A stretch of DNA of 64,000 nucleotides from Klebsormidium nitens. Lineage: Eukaryota > Plantae > Klebsormidiophyceae. Below the pieces are notes generated by a model that was not told the DNA's origin, made no database searches, and was given only the letters and a program-made list of their open reading frames with translations. The position numbers were made by a program, and so were the translations under genes. This document shows, in pieces, positions 1 through 12,842 of the stretch (the stretch's first letter is position 1; every line of letters begins with the position of its first letter). Location: positions 3,647-67,646 of the forward strand of contig DF237454.1 in assembly GCA_000708835.1 (NCBI GenBank), given 5' to 3'.

Positions 1-181
1 CCATTTTGTGTGAGTTTTGATCCAGAAATGCTTCTTCAGAACAGAAGACACGCTAAATGAAAGGGGGCCAAGAGCTGCTCCATAATAGATAACAAGACCG
101 TCTTGTTAAAAGGGGCCGCAATACGCGGGATATCCACCAAAGACTAAAGCCGTGGACTCTCAGCTGTGCTTAGTCCCCCAC

Positions 182-3100
182 CTGGTTGAGCTCTTTGAGT
201 GCGTCGTTGGGCGCGCAGCTGTGGCGCGCGTACATCCCCTTGCAGAATCGGTACCCCGCCTCCACCTCCGCGTGCGGGTTCGCCTTCTCCGCGTTCTTAA
301 ACAGCGCGGGGACTTCAGAGAGGCGGCCGCACCGCCGCATGAGCTGCATTATGCGGTGGCGTCGAGATTCGGAGAGTATAACCCCAAAAGCAGAGCATTG
401 TCACGGCTGTCCGCGGACAAGGCCATGGAAAACTATTTCCGAGAAAAAGTTGACAGCTTATTTCGCTTGATAACTAGGCGCTTGAACGGTCAGGACAGGC
501 CAAAAGTCGGACGCTTTGACTGCGCTTTGTCCATCCAAACTCAAGCAGTCCTAAATTTTGGCTTGAGCTAAAGGCTCTGGGTTTGATGCACGCATGCATC
601 TTAGACGGGCCAGCATTTAAAGTCCACGCGTTTAACCACTTGATGAACAGATCAAGCAGACTAAGTCCGCGCGCGCGCACCTGTATGAGCTGGTGCAGCG
701 CGCTGTGATTGCAGGGCGCCTTTTTGGCGCACGTTGGACGAGCCAGCATCTGAGGGGAACGACCTTAATCGCATACTTCACCAGTGCAGAAACTGGGCGC
801 GCGCACCTGTATGAGCTGGTGCAGCGCGCCGTAGTTGCAGGGCGCCTTTTCCAGGAGCTGCTGGAAGTGGTACACCGCGGAGTCGTACTGCTCCTTGCGG
901 CACATGACGTCAGCGATCATCAGGCTCGCGTCAGCGTTGGTCGCGTCCACGCGCAGCAGCGCCGTGCACTGCGCCTGGCACGCGTCCTGCGCGTGGGGTT
1001 TGAGGGTTTAGCAGTGATTTGATTGAGGATTCGGGTGTGACTCGGTTCGCTTAACAACATAAATTGGAGGATCAGCTAACGAAATGGGGGGCCACAACTG
1101 GCGAACTTGAAAGCTCCTCAGGTGCAATATTCCAGGTGTTAAGCCGCTTGGTTCGCCTATAAGGTGCGTCCGTTTCTTCAAAGTCGCTTAGGAAAATTCA
1201 CACCATCGCTATAATTCTGATAGCGAAGAATTTTCTTTCGCTTCGCATTTGTTTGCAGCTAAAGTTTCGCAGAGTAATCAAGCGGAAGGCCCGATCCAGA
1301 CTGCGTGCCAAGCTGCGCAAACGGCTCATGCTGCCGACAACACCCTCATTCCAAGAAGTTGCACTCCCGCAAATAACGATTCAGCCTGTAACCAAAGTAG
1401 GTGAGCCTTTGGTAAAAGAACTTTCGTCAGAAAGGTATGTTGTCGCTGAAGGTGACTCGAATCAAACAGCGCCACACTGAGCCGTCAGCTGCCACCATGC
1501 TCGGCGTGAAAAGCGGGCGAAGGCGACCATTTGACTGCGCCGCCCACTCACCAGGTCGCCCGTTTGGAGGTAGAGCCGCGCTAACGAGAGCATTGTGGGC
1601 ACGTGCCCCTCCGCCTGCTTCAAACCCTCGTGGTAGAACCCCGCGGCCGCGTCGGGCGCCTTGGCGGCCTCGCTGTCGCGCGCGAGCATCTGGCAGATGT
1701 CGGCGGCAATCTGGAGCGGAACAGAAACGACTCGTCAGGTTTCGTGCGTCAGAAGTCAATTTAACTTTCATTGTTCAGAAAGAAAGTTTCGTGGTTCAGG
1801 ACTCCAGGATTTTGTGGTCCGGTTCGTGAATCTTTTGGTGTTATCGCAAAGGTTGTGTCTTTGAATTTATGCTTTCTTGAGAGCAAGAGTCCAAATCCTG
1901 AAAGCAATGAAGTTGCGAAAGAGCACAAGGAAGCATTAGATTTTGCAGCTCGAGAAGAAGAGTCCTCGAAAGAACGGAATCTTCTCCTCTGTGGTCAAAG
2001 CAGGGGGGATACGGGAAACAACAGCGCCTCTCAACGTTGATCAAAAAGGTGCAGAGAGCAGCATTCGGAGACCAAACAGCAGCAAGCGCAGGCTGCGAGC
2101 GAAACCACTTCACAAGCGGAACGGCTCCACAAGCGGAACGGCTATATAAGCGGAACAGATCCACGGGTCCCACACCTGTTTCTGCACGCGCACGGTGTCG
2201 GGCTGCTCGAGCCGCGTCTTGGCGAGGACGGCCTCCTGCGCGGTGCGCGCGCGCAGGAGCGCGCCGTGCGCGTCGTCCTTCTTCCCGCGCGCCTGGTGGA
2301 CCTTGGTCAGCAGTAGCAGCGCCTGGACCTCCTGAGAAAGGAGGGAGTGACGTCAGCGGTGCGCTTGATGCCGTCAGCCAGAGGAGAAGAGGACCGTCTG
2401 TCTGGGTGCTGAAGATAGAGAGGGAGGGGAGGGAGAGTTGACTCCTGCGGTGTAGATGATTTGCCAGAGAAACGGAGGGGCCGTATTGCACACGATTGCA
2501 CTGGAGAGCTGACCAGAAGTGTCGCTGCGAAAGAGATAAGAGAGGTAAACATTGGAGGAGAATGGTCATAACACGAGTAGGACAAAGGGAGGGGCCGCAG
2601 ACATGAATTGAATTGAATGATTTAACGACTCAACGGGGGCTTGCACCAGACCTTTTAAGCATACCACAGGTCAGATCGTCACGTCACACCCCTTTGAGCG
2701 GCGACGTTTCTCACCTGCATCAACGCCTGCGCGTCGCCCAAAGTTTCATCGTCGTCCGCAGCCCCGCGTTCCAAAATCTGCGCGAGCGCGCGCTCGCACT
2801 CGTCCAGTTTCTTGAGCTTGAAGTAGAGCGCCGCAAGATCGTACTGCATCCCGCGTTTCTCGGCGCCGGGTGCCACGTGGCCGCCGGTGAGCGTGGCCTC
2901 GTAGTGCGCGAGCGCCTTGGCGTAGCTGTGCGTCTGGACCAGCGCGCGGCCGATGCGGGCAACTAGAGCAGCGTCGTTTGGATTCCGCTGCAGACCCGGC
3001 GCTTATAATCAGGGGGTTTATTTTTAAGACGGGATGTAAGCACGAGGAAAAGGCAGCGAGGAGAGATTGGCGCGTCTGAGGAAAGGATCGGACTGAAAGT

Positions 3101-6100
3101 CGAATGTACGGTGCATAGAACGTTTTTCGGAAGTCCATAGTAAGGCACCGGTCAAAAGATGTCAACCTCATGTTTGCGGATTCATGGTAGAAGCCCAAAA
3201 GCTGAGTTGAAATGCAGGAGTATGATATTTTCAGGTGGGTGAAGTTCGGAGAGACCGCTCAATTTTGCGATCCACATCAGATGTTGCACCGCAGCTCAGC
3301 GCGCTGATGCCTGGCCGAGGGTATCAAAGCCGAAGTTCGGTAAAATGTAGTTAAAGGTGGGTTCGCTATGAGCACGAGACGCATCGCTAAGAATGGGTTG
3401 CCAAGTACGATAATCGCAAGATTTCAGGATGTTAGCCTCTCACCCGAAGCGCTTCCTGAAAGGCGGCGATGGCTTTCGCCGGGTCCTGGATGCGCATGTA
3501 CGCCTCCCCCAGCATCATGTACACTTGCGGCGTCTTGAACCTGCACGACGAGGAGAAAGGGCTGGGTTGCTCTACCGAGACCGAAGTCGCCGCGACCTAC
3601 AGCACGGGGCCCGTTGGCCGACAGGCTTCCATGGCGACAACGACAAAGAGCAAGGTACGAGCTGTTTCTGGGACTTGCAGGCAACAATCTTCGAAGTTCT
3701 TACAGCGTTTACGCAAGGATTTGGGTTCTCTCAGCAACCGCGGTTGGGAGCGCTTCTCAGCTCCTTCTCCTCTTAACAATCGTCCAAATTTCCAAAAGCA
3801 ACTTGCACACCGCCTTTTAGATCAATATAAAATGTATTCACATCGTTTACGCAGCTTGCAAAACGAAGCAGAGAATGGACGTCTCTGGACGGTGCCAAAC
3901 TATGGTGACGCTGGAGAGAACCGTACCGTTCTGCCAACTCAGCGTAGCTCTGCGCGTATGCGGCGCGGTCTTTGCGGTGCTTGAGCAGAATATCCGCCAT
4001 AGCCACTTTCGCCTTGACGAACTGCGGGCTGTCCTTGGGGATGGCCCGCAAATAGGAGAGCGCCACGTCAGTGTCCCCGCGCGCGAGTGACAGCTCGCAG
4101 TTGGCGATGATCACGCGGACCTGCGGGGCAAGATCACAGGCTCTTGATTAAAAGCTCAACGGGATGTGTTCAGGAAAACCCTCTTCTGTTTGGAACAAAT
4201 GCCTGGTTAGATCTTTGATGCGGACTCGCAGTCACTTTAGCAGTCACTGTTGCGCTTCTCTTTCCTCGGTACTTGCTTACGGTAGCTTGTACCTCGTTAA
4301 CTTCCCGGTGGTTCCAAAGACCCGGGAATAACCCGGGCCCGGGTCCGGTACGCAGAATGTCATTGGAAACTTCACAGATCGACTCCTGCAGTCACGGCGT
4401 TAGGGACTCGGGATAAGACTTTCTAAGAGAGGCAACGAACTATCCGAGCGGACGATCTTACTGCGAAGATAGTTCACCGTTGATACCTGTCCTTCCGCAT
4501 CTTTAACCGCTCTATCTCCAATAAGCGACATTTTTACACTTGGACTAACTTCTTCAAACCGGAAAGCGCACCTCTTCCGGCGTTCCGGCGAACTCGTTCA
4601 TCGCGTCTTGGACCACCTTGGTCGCCTCCGGCACGTGCCCCAGCTTCAGCTGCGCGGCCGCGAGCGTCAGATAGATATCCACCCGGTCGCTCAAAGCCGC
4701 GGAAGGAGTGCCCGGTTGAGACCCTCCGGCTGACGTCATGCTCGGTCGGCGCGCCACGTGTTTGACTCCAGGAAGGCTCATTGCGCCCTCAAGTACCTAG
4801 CGAAGGAGAGACGGGAAAGGGTTAGCTAAAAGATGTAGATCAGAAGAAAAAGATGCAAATTGGTTTCTTCAGAGCATGCCCATATGTTGTCGAGTACTTC
4901 CGAGCAGATTCCTGAGGTTGGGCCGATTGATCGTTTCTGTTTCTAATTGCTTGAGAATGGGCACCAGAGACGGTCTTGGGTGCGTAGTTTTCACGCAGAG
5001 AGCCGTTGTTGCGTTTCCTCCCACAAATCAACACATTGGATCATCAAATTCAGATTATTCTGCTTTAAGACGGAAAGCACGGAGTCGGCGGCTTTAGCTG
5101 CAACATTCCGCTGGGATGGCATGGACATAATTCCGTTCTCAACGGAACGCTTGCCTTGACGGCCTCCTCGGGCTGCCCCCCGGCCAGATGCACTTTGGCG
5201 AGCACGGCAGCGTAGTGCGGCGAGTTCCGTNNNNNNNNNNNNNNNNNNNNNNNNNNNNNNNNNNNNNNNNNNNNNNNNNNNNNNNNNNNNNNNNNNNNNN
5301 NNNNNNNNNNNNNNNNNNNNNNNNNNNNNNNNNNNNNNNNNNNNNNNNNNNNNNNNNNNNNNNNNNNNNNNNNNNNNNNNNNNNNNNNNNNNNNNNNNNN
5401 NNNNNNNNNNNNNNNNNNNNNNNNNNNNTTTCGTGCTTTACTCCCACCTCTAGGGGTTGAGATTAATCCTAACGTTGAGGGGGCATGGAGAATTCGTGCG
5501 CGACCGCCTGTTCCAGCTGCCCGGCGGCCAGGTAGATCTGCAAAGGGAAAGGTTTGCAATTTGAAATCGAGGTTCGGATTCTGAACTCTGGCTTTCGGGT
5601 TCCATTTTGAGGTGTTTTAAACTATTGGATTAGGGAGGTCATCTGGAGAGTTGCTAGGCTAATCTGCAGAAAGAACCTTGCGCATAGGGGATCGTGCGCG
5701 ACCGCCTGCTCCGGTCCGCGGCAGCCGGCGTAAATGTGCGCTGCGCTAGTTAGATCTGGGGGTGACAAGTGGGACGTAGAACCCAGGAATCGAGGGTTTT
5801 GAGCGGTTTTTGTAGTCCACCACGTTGCAGAATCATATAAGGCCGTTCCTTCAATTCTGCTGACCCGCACAACTTCCAAGCTACAGTATTTGGAAAATTA
5901 CTTCGAAGCAGCAGGTCATCCGCGTCGGCCTGCAGAGCTACAGTAGCTACGCACTGGCAGCGCCCATCATCAACCACTTTCGAAGGAGTCACTACGTACC
6001 GAGGTTTCGAATCTGCATAGTTTTCCCAGTCTTAAAACATGTCCGCTTCGGCCCTGACAGCGCCTATTACGCATGCATTTGCGCAGCCCTTTTGTCGTGA

Positions 6101-9100
6101 GTTCTGGGTCTGCCTCACCTGACTCTGGAGCACGTTCGCCTCGGCCGACGCGGCCTCGAGCCGCAGCGCGGCCGCGACCGCGCGCTGCGCGCCCTCGAAG
6201 TCCGCATCCACGTACTTGGCACGTCCGAGCAGAAGTTGGACGTCCGGCAACCCGGGGGCCGCCTTGTACAGCACGTCCAAAACCTGAGAAGAGCAGCCGT
6301 GTTACGAGACACGTCAGCGGTGTCGTCATAACGGGCCAACAAGGATCAATCATTAGGAGCTGTGGTTAAGTCTTCATACCTATATAAACACCTCTGGATG
6401 TAGTTTGTTGTGGTCAGGGTGAGATAAAGGGAATGGATTGTCCCCCCGACCCATCTTGAGGTCGACATTTCAAGGGAATCCAAAACGCTTCATTCTGCGA
6501 CACCTCTGCAATTACTTCCTCATCTCCTGAATGACCATTCGGATCCTTTCCACTGTCTCCTGATATCTGGCAATTTATTCACAATGGAAAGCCAACTATA
6601 CAATAACACAGACAAAAACGGGACCCAGCGAAGCCAATAGCCCCCAAGTCGACGACCCTTCTTCGTATCATCGTTCGAAGGATACGCGACCGCAGATTGA
6701 AGCACAGAACCTCCGCGCTTACCTTGACCGCGTTTCCCACGTGTGGGCTCGCCGGCTCCGCCGGGCCCCGGGGTTCCGTTCCGGCCTGCGCCAGAAACTC
6801 CCGGGCGGCGTCCAGCAGCCGATCCGGCTCTAACGCGGCGTAAAAGCCTAACCCCGGTCTTAACCTCCGCAAAGCCCGGAGGTGCGCCTCGACTGCTTGT
6901 TCGAGAAGCGCGCACGCGCGCGCGCTGTCGCGGTCTTTCAGGCGGGCGATAGCGGCGGAGAGGAAAAGGAGTGGTGGGGAAGGGTCGGCGGAGGTGGACA
7001 TCTCGCTGAGGAACTCGAGGTGGGAGGCGGCCTCTTGGAGCTGGCCCAGAGCGATCTGCGGGTCAGAAAATTTGGTTCGAAGGGTCAATATAAGCGTTTA
7101 AGAAGAGAACAAGGAGATCCAGCTTGGATCTCATGCAGGCTCCGAGACAGGCGGCTTGCTGGAGCTGGCCTAGCGCATTTAGCGGCTAACGACAGAAGCC
7201 AAAGGAAGGTTCCAAAGACGGTGAATAGGGTTGGGACATGCTACGACGAAGTACTCGAAGCAGAGTCAGCTTGTACTAGAGAAGCTTCCAGACGTGGAAG
7301 ACAGGAACCAAGTAAGTCTTCGGCCCTCACCTGGCAGAAGAGCGAGCCGTAAACCGCGTCCATGTTCATCTCGTCCAGCTGCGACGCGCGCCGATACGTC
7401 CTCAGCGCCTCGGCCGCGTTTCCCGATAGCAGCTGCTGGTACCCGCACTCCGCGATGTACCGGGCATCCCCCGGGGCAAGTTTGCACGCTCGGTCGACTA
7501 GCGTTAGGGTTTTCTGGATGACGGCGGGTGCCGATTTGCCCGCCAACCGGGCAAGAGGCTGGGCGGATTCGAAGTAGACGGCCGCGTTGCGGGGCTCGGT
7601 GCGGTCGATGCTGTCGAGCAGGTCGGTCTGCGGGGAAAAGGGACGACTGGTGTTCCTATGACAAGTGTAACGTCATGCTTTCGGAGCTAGTGCAGACACG
7701 AAAGAACTTTGTTTGGCTGACGACTTCGGCAACGTCGTGTCTTATCGCAGCTGGATGAAGTCACGAGGTAAACGATCGTCAGCATCGAACAGAGTCGAAG
7801 AGCGTTCGACCTTCGGAAGTTTGTACGAAAAGACGCCCTTGAGGAGTGCTACAATGTGCGCCCAGCTAGATATTCGTGTGCGGCACCGTGTACTGCATAG
7901 CAAGAAAGTGCGCCCTCGTAAAACTTTGCCTGGGGATCCAGGCCGACCAGAATTGGTGACGGCGTTCCTTCGGCCAGCGTAACACTTACTTCATTGGTCG
8001 GTATATACTTTGATTAAAAGTCTTTTTGCGTCAAAACTGGCGTGACAGGCTGCGCCTCCTTTCTGAATGGTTTCAACCCAGTCGGGTAGACGGAAGACTT
8101 TCTCGAGAGCTCTGAACGCGTTCCTACTCGCGCGCACTCACCAGGTGTCTGAGCGCAATCTGCGGCCGGCTCTCCTGGCTCAGCAGGTAGAGCGCCGAGA
8201 GGCGCAGAGCGTCGATGTTGGCGGGATCGACGGTCAGGATGCGCTGCGCGACCTCCATAGCCTGCTCCCAGTCACCAACGGCCACCAGCAGCTTTGCTTT
8301 CTCGGTCAGTCCGGGGATGAACCAGGAGTGAGCCACGATGACCTGAAACAGCGGATAGAGGGGTTTAACCAACCGTCTGCGCAAATGCTCCTCGTTGGGT
8401 TAGAGGCGGTCAGCACGAGGACAAACCAGAAGTAGTAAGCCACGATGATTCTGGAGGCGACGCATGAGGTGTGGGTTGTACAAACTTGTCTCGTTAAATC
8501 AACTGTCGGTTAGAGATCCACACTCTTGTTCCTTCAGTCATCCTAAGAGCGTTCCAGGAGCAGCAACTGATGACCTAGCAGAAAGGGGCGGAATCAAACC
8601 TGGAAGGTATGACAGTTTGAACAAGTGAAGCCGCACTTGATGCACGAAGAACAAGCGGCTATTGAAAACTTGAGAGCGTCAGCAGCTTTTGATGCTCTGA
8701 AAGATAGTGTGACTGCTGTTTGTGAACGCTCGTTAAATCCGACAGCACTTAGGCTAGCGCAGAAAAGCTCTATGAGAACGTGGGTTGTGAGGAGGCCGTA
8801 GCATAAAAGAACCGACACAAGGAATGAGATTTGTGAGAGAGGGGCCTCACTAGTAACTCGCTTTGCTCATCAGTTTCCAGGAAGCATAGTAACTGAAGAA
8901 AGGTCTCCAGCATCAGATAGACTGGAACGTAGACATGAAGACACAAAGTGAGGACGCTTGGGCAGTGTGATCCAGTTCAAGGGCGAAGCAAATTCTCGCC
9001 ATGACTTCCTTGAGTATTGCAGTGCACAACAGACTCCCAGTCACAGCCCATAGCTGGGCCAGAAGTTCCATGCCAATGCAGACATTCCAGGGCCAGTGCT

Positions 9101-10244
9101 AGTGGGACATTGGACATGTGGCCGCACCCATCCTTACCTGGTTGATGTGCTCCAGCGCCCTGTTGTACTCCTTCTTAACCTCCCAGCACTTGACCTGCCC
9201 CAGCATCGCTTCCAGGTCCCTCTCATTTCCCCCCAACACCTCCTCAAAGAACGCCAAGGCCTTATCTGCCCCGCTGCTCCTCCCCCCATAGCTCCCCCTT
9301 CTGCCGCCCCCTTTGTCTGCTGATGACAACTCGATCCACGCCTTGAGACACCTGGCTTCCGAATTCTGAGGTTGAGATCTGAGAACCTGGTCCAGACAGC
9401 TGTTTGCTTTTTTGAGATTCTCTGCGGGGCCGAGGTGAAAATGAAAGAGTGCCGCCTGCAGAAAAGCGGGCTCCCCGGCGCTGCGCTCCGCCACGCCTAG
9501 TTGTTGTTTCAAAGCGGAGACGGCCTCTTCGTCGATTAGACTGCTGTGGGAGTGCGCATGAAGTGATGCGGCGATGGCAGCTAGCTCCACATCTCTCTGG
9601 CCCTGGACAGCAGACACCCAACAGTTGTCAGGACAATTTGTAACAGGCATCTTTTGAGTTTTATCAAAGGGATTGGGTCAATTGTAGTCCTCACCTCAAC
9701 ATTTGGCCTTACATTTGAAAGATTATGTGCCACTCTTAGCATTCTTCTTTGATATCATTGCATTCGCCTGCAGGCTTTCTCCCAGATGACTGACAATATA
9801 AGCACGAAACCAAGTACTTTGGTCTCATACTAGGATAAGCTCAATCAGCTGTCAACTGCCAAAAGGATTCAGTAAGAAGTGCCGGGCCAGACGTTTAGCC
9901 ATGCCAAGGAGGTAAAAACCCGTATTGACTGCTTCAAGGCTTTAGCACCATCCCTTGACCTTTTAAGGCAGTGGTGCAGCTAGTGCACCTTATTCGAGCA
10001 GCTTCCTAGGGGCTATATATTTGATAAGCAAGACTATGAGTTGTATGACCACCCTACTTACCTGCAGGGGCTCGAGCTCACGCAATGCCTCTGAGAAGCT
10101 GCCCTCCTGCAGGGTGCCAAACGCTCTCCAGAAGAGGAGCACAGAATCGCCGGATCGCTTCCGCAAGGCCTCTGTACATGCTCCCTGAATGTGCCTCCAG
10201 TAACCCTCTCGTGCAAGGTAATTGACCAGCGCTTGCGATTCCAT
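182..10244 (-). CDS. TTC21B: Intraflagellar transport protein 139 / TPR protein 21B, multi-exon, 3' end continues beyond window start
   Basis: First exon 10244-10062 reads MESQALVNYLAREGYWRHIQ...LLFWRAFG, the IFT139 N-terminus. About 15 GC-rich exons with GT-AG boundaries encode TPR-like helices (e.g. 9602-9138; exon ending 807 ...YHFQQLLEKAPCNYGALHQLIQ; 343-182 LMRRCGRLSEVPALF...GYRFCKGMY...DALKELNQ). One exon start falls in the N gap at ~5231-5428. Confidence 0.9.
2111..2156. repeat. 17-bp tandem repeat x~2.7 (intronic)
   Basis: CACAAGCGGAACGGCTC units. Confidence 0.85.
5231..5428. other. Assembly gap (N run) inside TTC21B
   Basis: Run of n characters. Confidence 1.
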
Positions 10245-12842
10245 CCTGCCAGCATCTCTTGGGCTAGAACCGAGCCTCTTCAAACGCTGCAAAGCAGCTT
10301 CAAGGACGTCGCAATCCCTGAAGCTGATGACACAAGATGGTGCTTCCCCATTCAGTACTTCTCTAAATACTAGCTAGCAAAGTAGTCTTTCAAGCTGGAT
10401 TCTCGCTCAATTTCGCCACACAATTTCCGCCTTCCCAACTTGCCAAGCTTCGGAGTTCGACTCTGAGCCTGAGGAATTGCCAAACCCTAATCCGGCAGTT
10501 CCGACAAGCGCGGAACGTTCGACCGGCGCAGGAATTCCGCCCAAACTCAGAACCAGCTAACCTCGACCCGCCGCGCACTGCGGCCGCGCAGCTTCCGCTC
10601 CGAACGGTCAGTGCGTACCGCGGACTGCGCATGTCAGCATGTTCAACGACTCTGGATGATCCAATGATCGGCGTGTCGGAACATTCTTCAAGAGCTATAC
10701 TGGCCATGTCCGTCTGCTGGGCTTAGGTATTTGTGGACAATTCTTCAAGCCTGCCGGAGCAGCGTGAGAGCAGCGTCTCCAACCTGGCACAGGAAGCTGC
10801 TTGAACAGCTTGCCTTTGTCCAAATGTGGTCCAAATCTGCCTGGCCCGCGTCCTTGCGTGCTAAATTTGGTCTATTCTGTGGGGCACGTCCGCATTTAAC
10901 ATGTCCTCAGAAATGCACGCGCGCAAGGACGAGGCAGGTCATTCATGATCCACCGCCCCCGGCCCTTCAACTCGCAATGATGAGGCGCAGCGGGCGCGCA
11001 GCAACTTTGCCGGGCATTTAGGGACGAGCGGTACGAAATGGACGAGGTTGCAAACGCAGTGTACGATGATGGCCTCTCAGCGGGGTATGCCGCCTTCCCG
11101 TAAAAGTCCAGGAATGCCCGCTACAGGCCGTTCCTCGCACCTGGAAGGATGCCCCGGAATTGCAGGAATACCTAGATCGCCGGGAACGCTTCGAAAAGGC
11201 GTACATCTGAAGAGGGTCCAGAACTCGCCTTTCAGGTAATCTCGAGGCAACGCGTTCTTGGACCTTAAGATATATATACGAACATCTGCCGCAGTACGGG
11301 TTCAAGGTGGATCCCTGATCAAGCCTTGAGTCAAAGGGTCACTCGGACGTCAACTCGTCAGAGTCTATACCCGTGCCGTAGACGTTAACGAGGCTTGTAA
11401 TCTTCTGGATCTTCACTCAAATGTAGTAACGAAGGCATTCAACACTGCAAAACCAAGTAGTACACACTCCTGCCTTTGCTTGGAGTGCCGTGAATGTCCT
11501 GCACTTTCGGTCCGATTCAAAGATCTGCATATTCCAGGTCTTGCATGGAGATTCAGGATGCCATGATGTTGGAAGTTTGCACTTGACCCCGCTCGAAGAA
11601 GCGTAGAACCTTTGCCGAATACTAGCTGCGTCCAATCTATCCTGCCTGTTCAATTTTCGGCAGCTATGAATACGGGGCAAAGGATTTTGAACGGCCCGGA
11701 ACATGCTGCATATGTGCCAATACGTCGCAATTGCTTGAGTGCCTTTTGAGTCTGCGGAAGGGCATGCAACATTCCTTCCGAGATCGCCATCTTACTATAC
11801 TTGCTGCACTTCTTACTGGGGATATGTTCACGCACTGCAGCCCCAGGCTAGCTGATTTCATAGGACAACATATGAACAGGTCGTCATCCGGCCCAATCCT
11901 TGCGCTATCTACAACGAGCTGGCGCGCACAAAAAGCATGTGCTGCCATGTGCCTAATCTCAATGATTCATGCACGCACGCGCCATGCTTAATTATGTGGT
12001 TGCGTGAGCTGATCGACGCTAGCTCTGCACAATCGTCCCATGGCTTGAAGCCGGGATCACGCATGACAAACAAGTGATAAAGCAGTTATGTAAGAAAACT
12101 TGCCCACTCGATGTACCAACAAAGACTTACGGTATTTTGCCGGTATCAGATTGGAGCTCTTTTCCCTTATCGCGGGACTGGCATCATATGATTGCACGAA
12201 GCATCACTGGATACGACGGCCGACCCACAGCACACATGTGTCGCCTCAGCCGGCTGCCCATGAGTTCGCATCCAGGAAGCGATTTAAAACAAGTACTAAT
12301 TGCGGTTTGGCATAACGAGGAGGTTTACAGTATACATGTAAGTTTGGATTTTATAGGCTATGCTTGTTCAAAATTTACCCGCTCAATAAGAAATCAATGG
12401 GAGGAGTAAAGTTGTTTTCCTTCTGATCCGGGCTTCCACTCAGTGTACTTTGAATCCCTATTACGCGCGGCTTCATGAACCAATCGGTAACTCATTTCGC
12501 GGGGCATTGAGTACAAGCCTTGCAACACTGCAGTTAGGTGCTCACAATGGTTGTCACGATGGACAACCAGATTCGAGTACTCACGAAGAACCAGAAATTT
12601 CATAGTAAGTTCATACTAACCTTCCTCACACATTAATGCAATACTAGAAAAGTGGCCAATCCATTCACGATAACCAATCGTTACACTGCCTTCTTGAAAC
12701 TGTCAAGAATCGTCTCGCTAACTTGTCATTCCAATGAACTCAACTCAAGGAGCCTAAAAGACAAGCCCCTACGTCAAAACCGATTATGAATCGCCCTACT
12801 GTACAAGAGGGAAAATCGACTTTACAAAGAAAGATTGCTGCC

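Noticed and set aside
4331-4344. 14-bp perfect palindrome ACCCGGGCCCGGGT
   Set aside because: Isolated GC-only palindrome in an intron, with no supporting context.
5065-5559. ORFs spanning the N gap
   Set aside because: Open only because N codons contain no stops.
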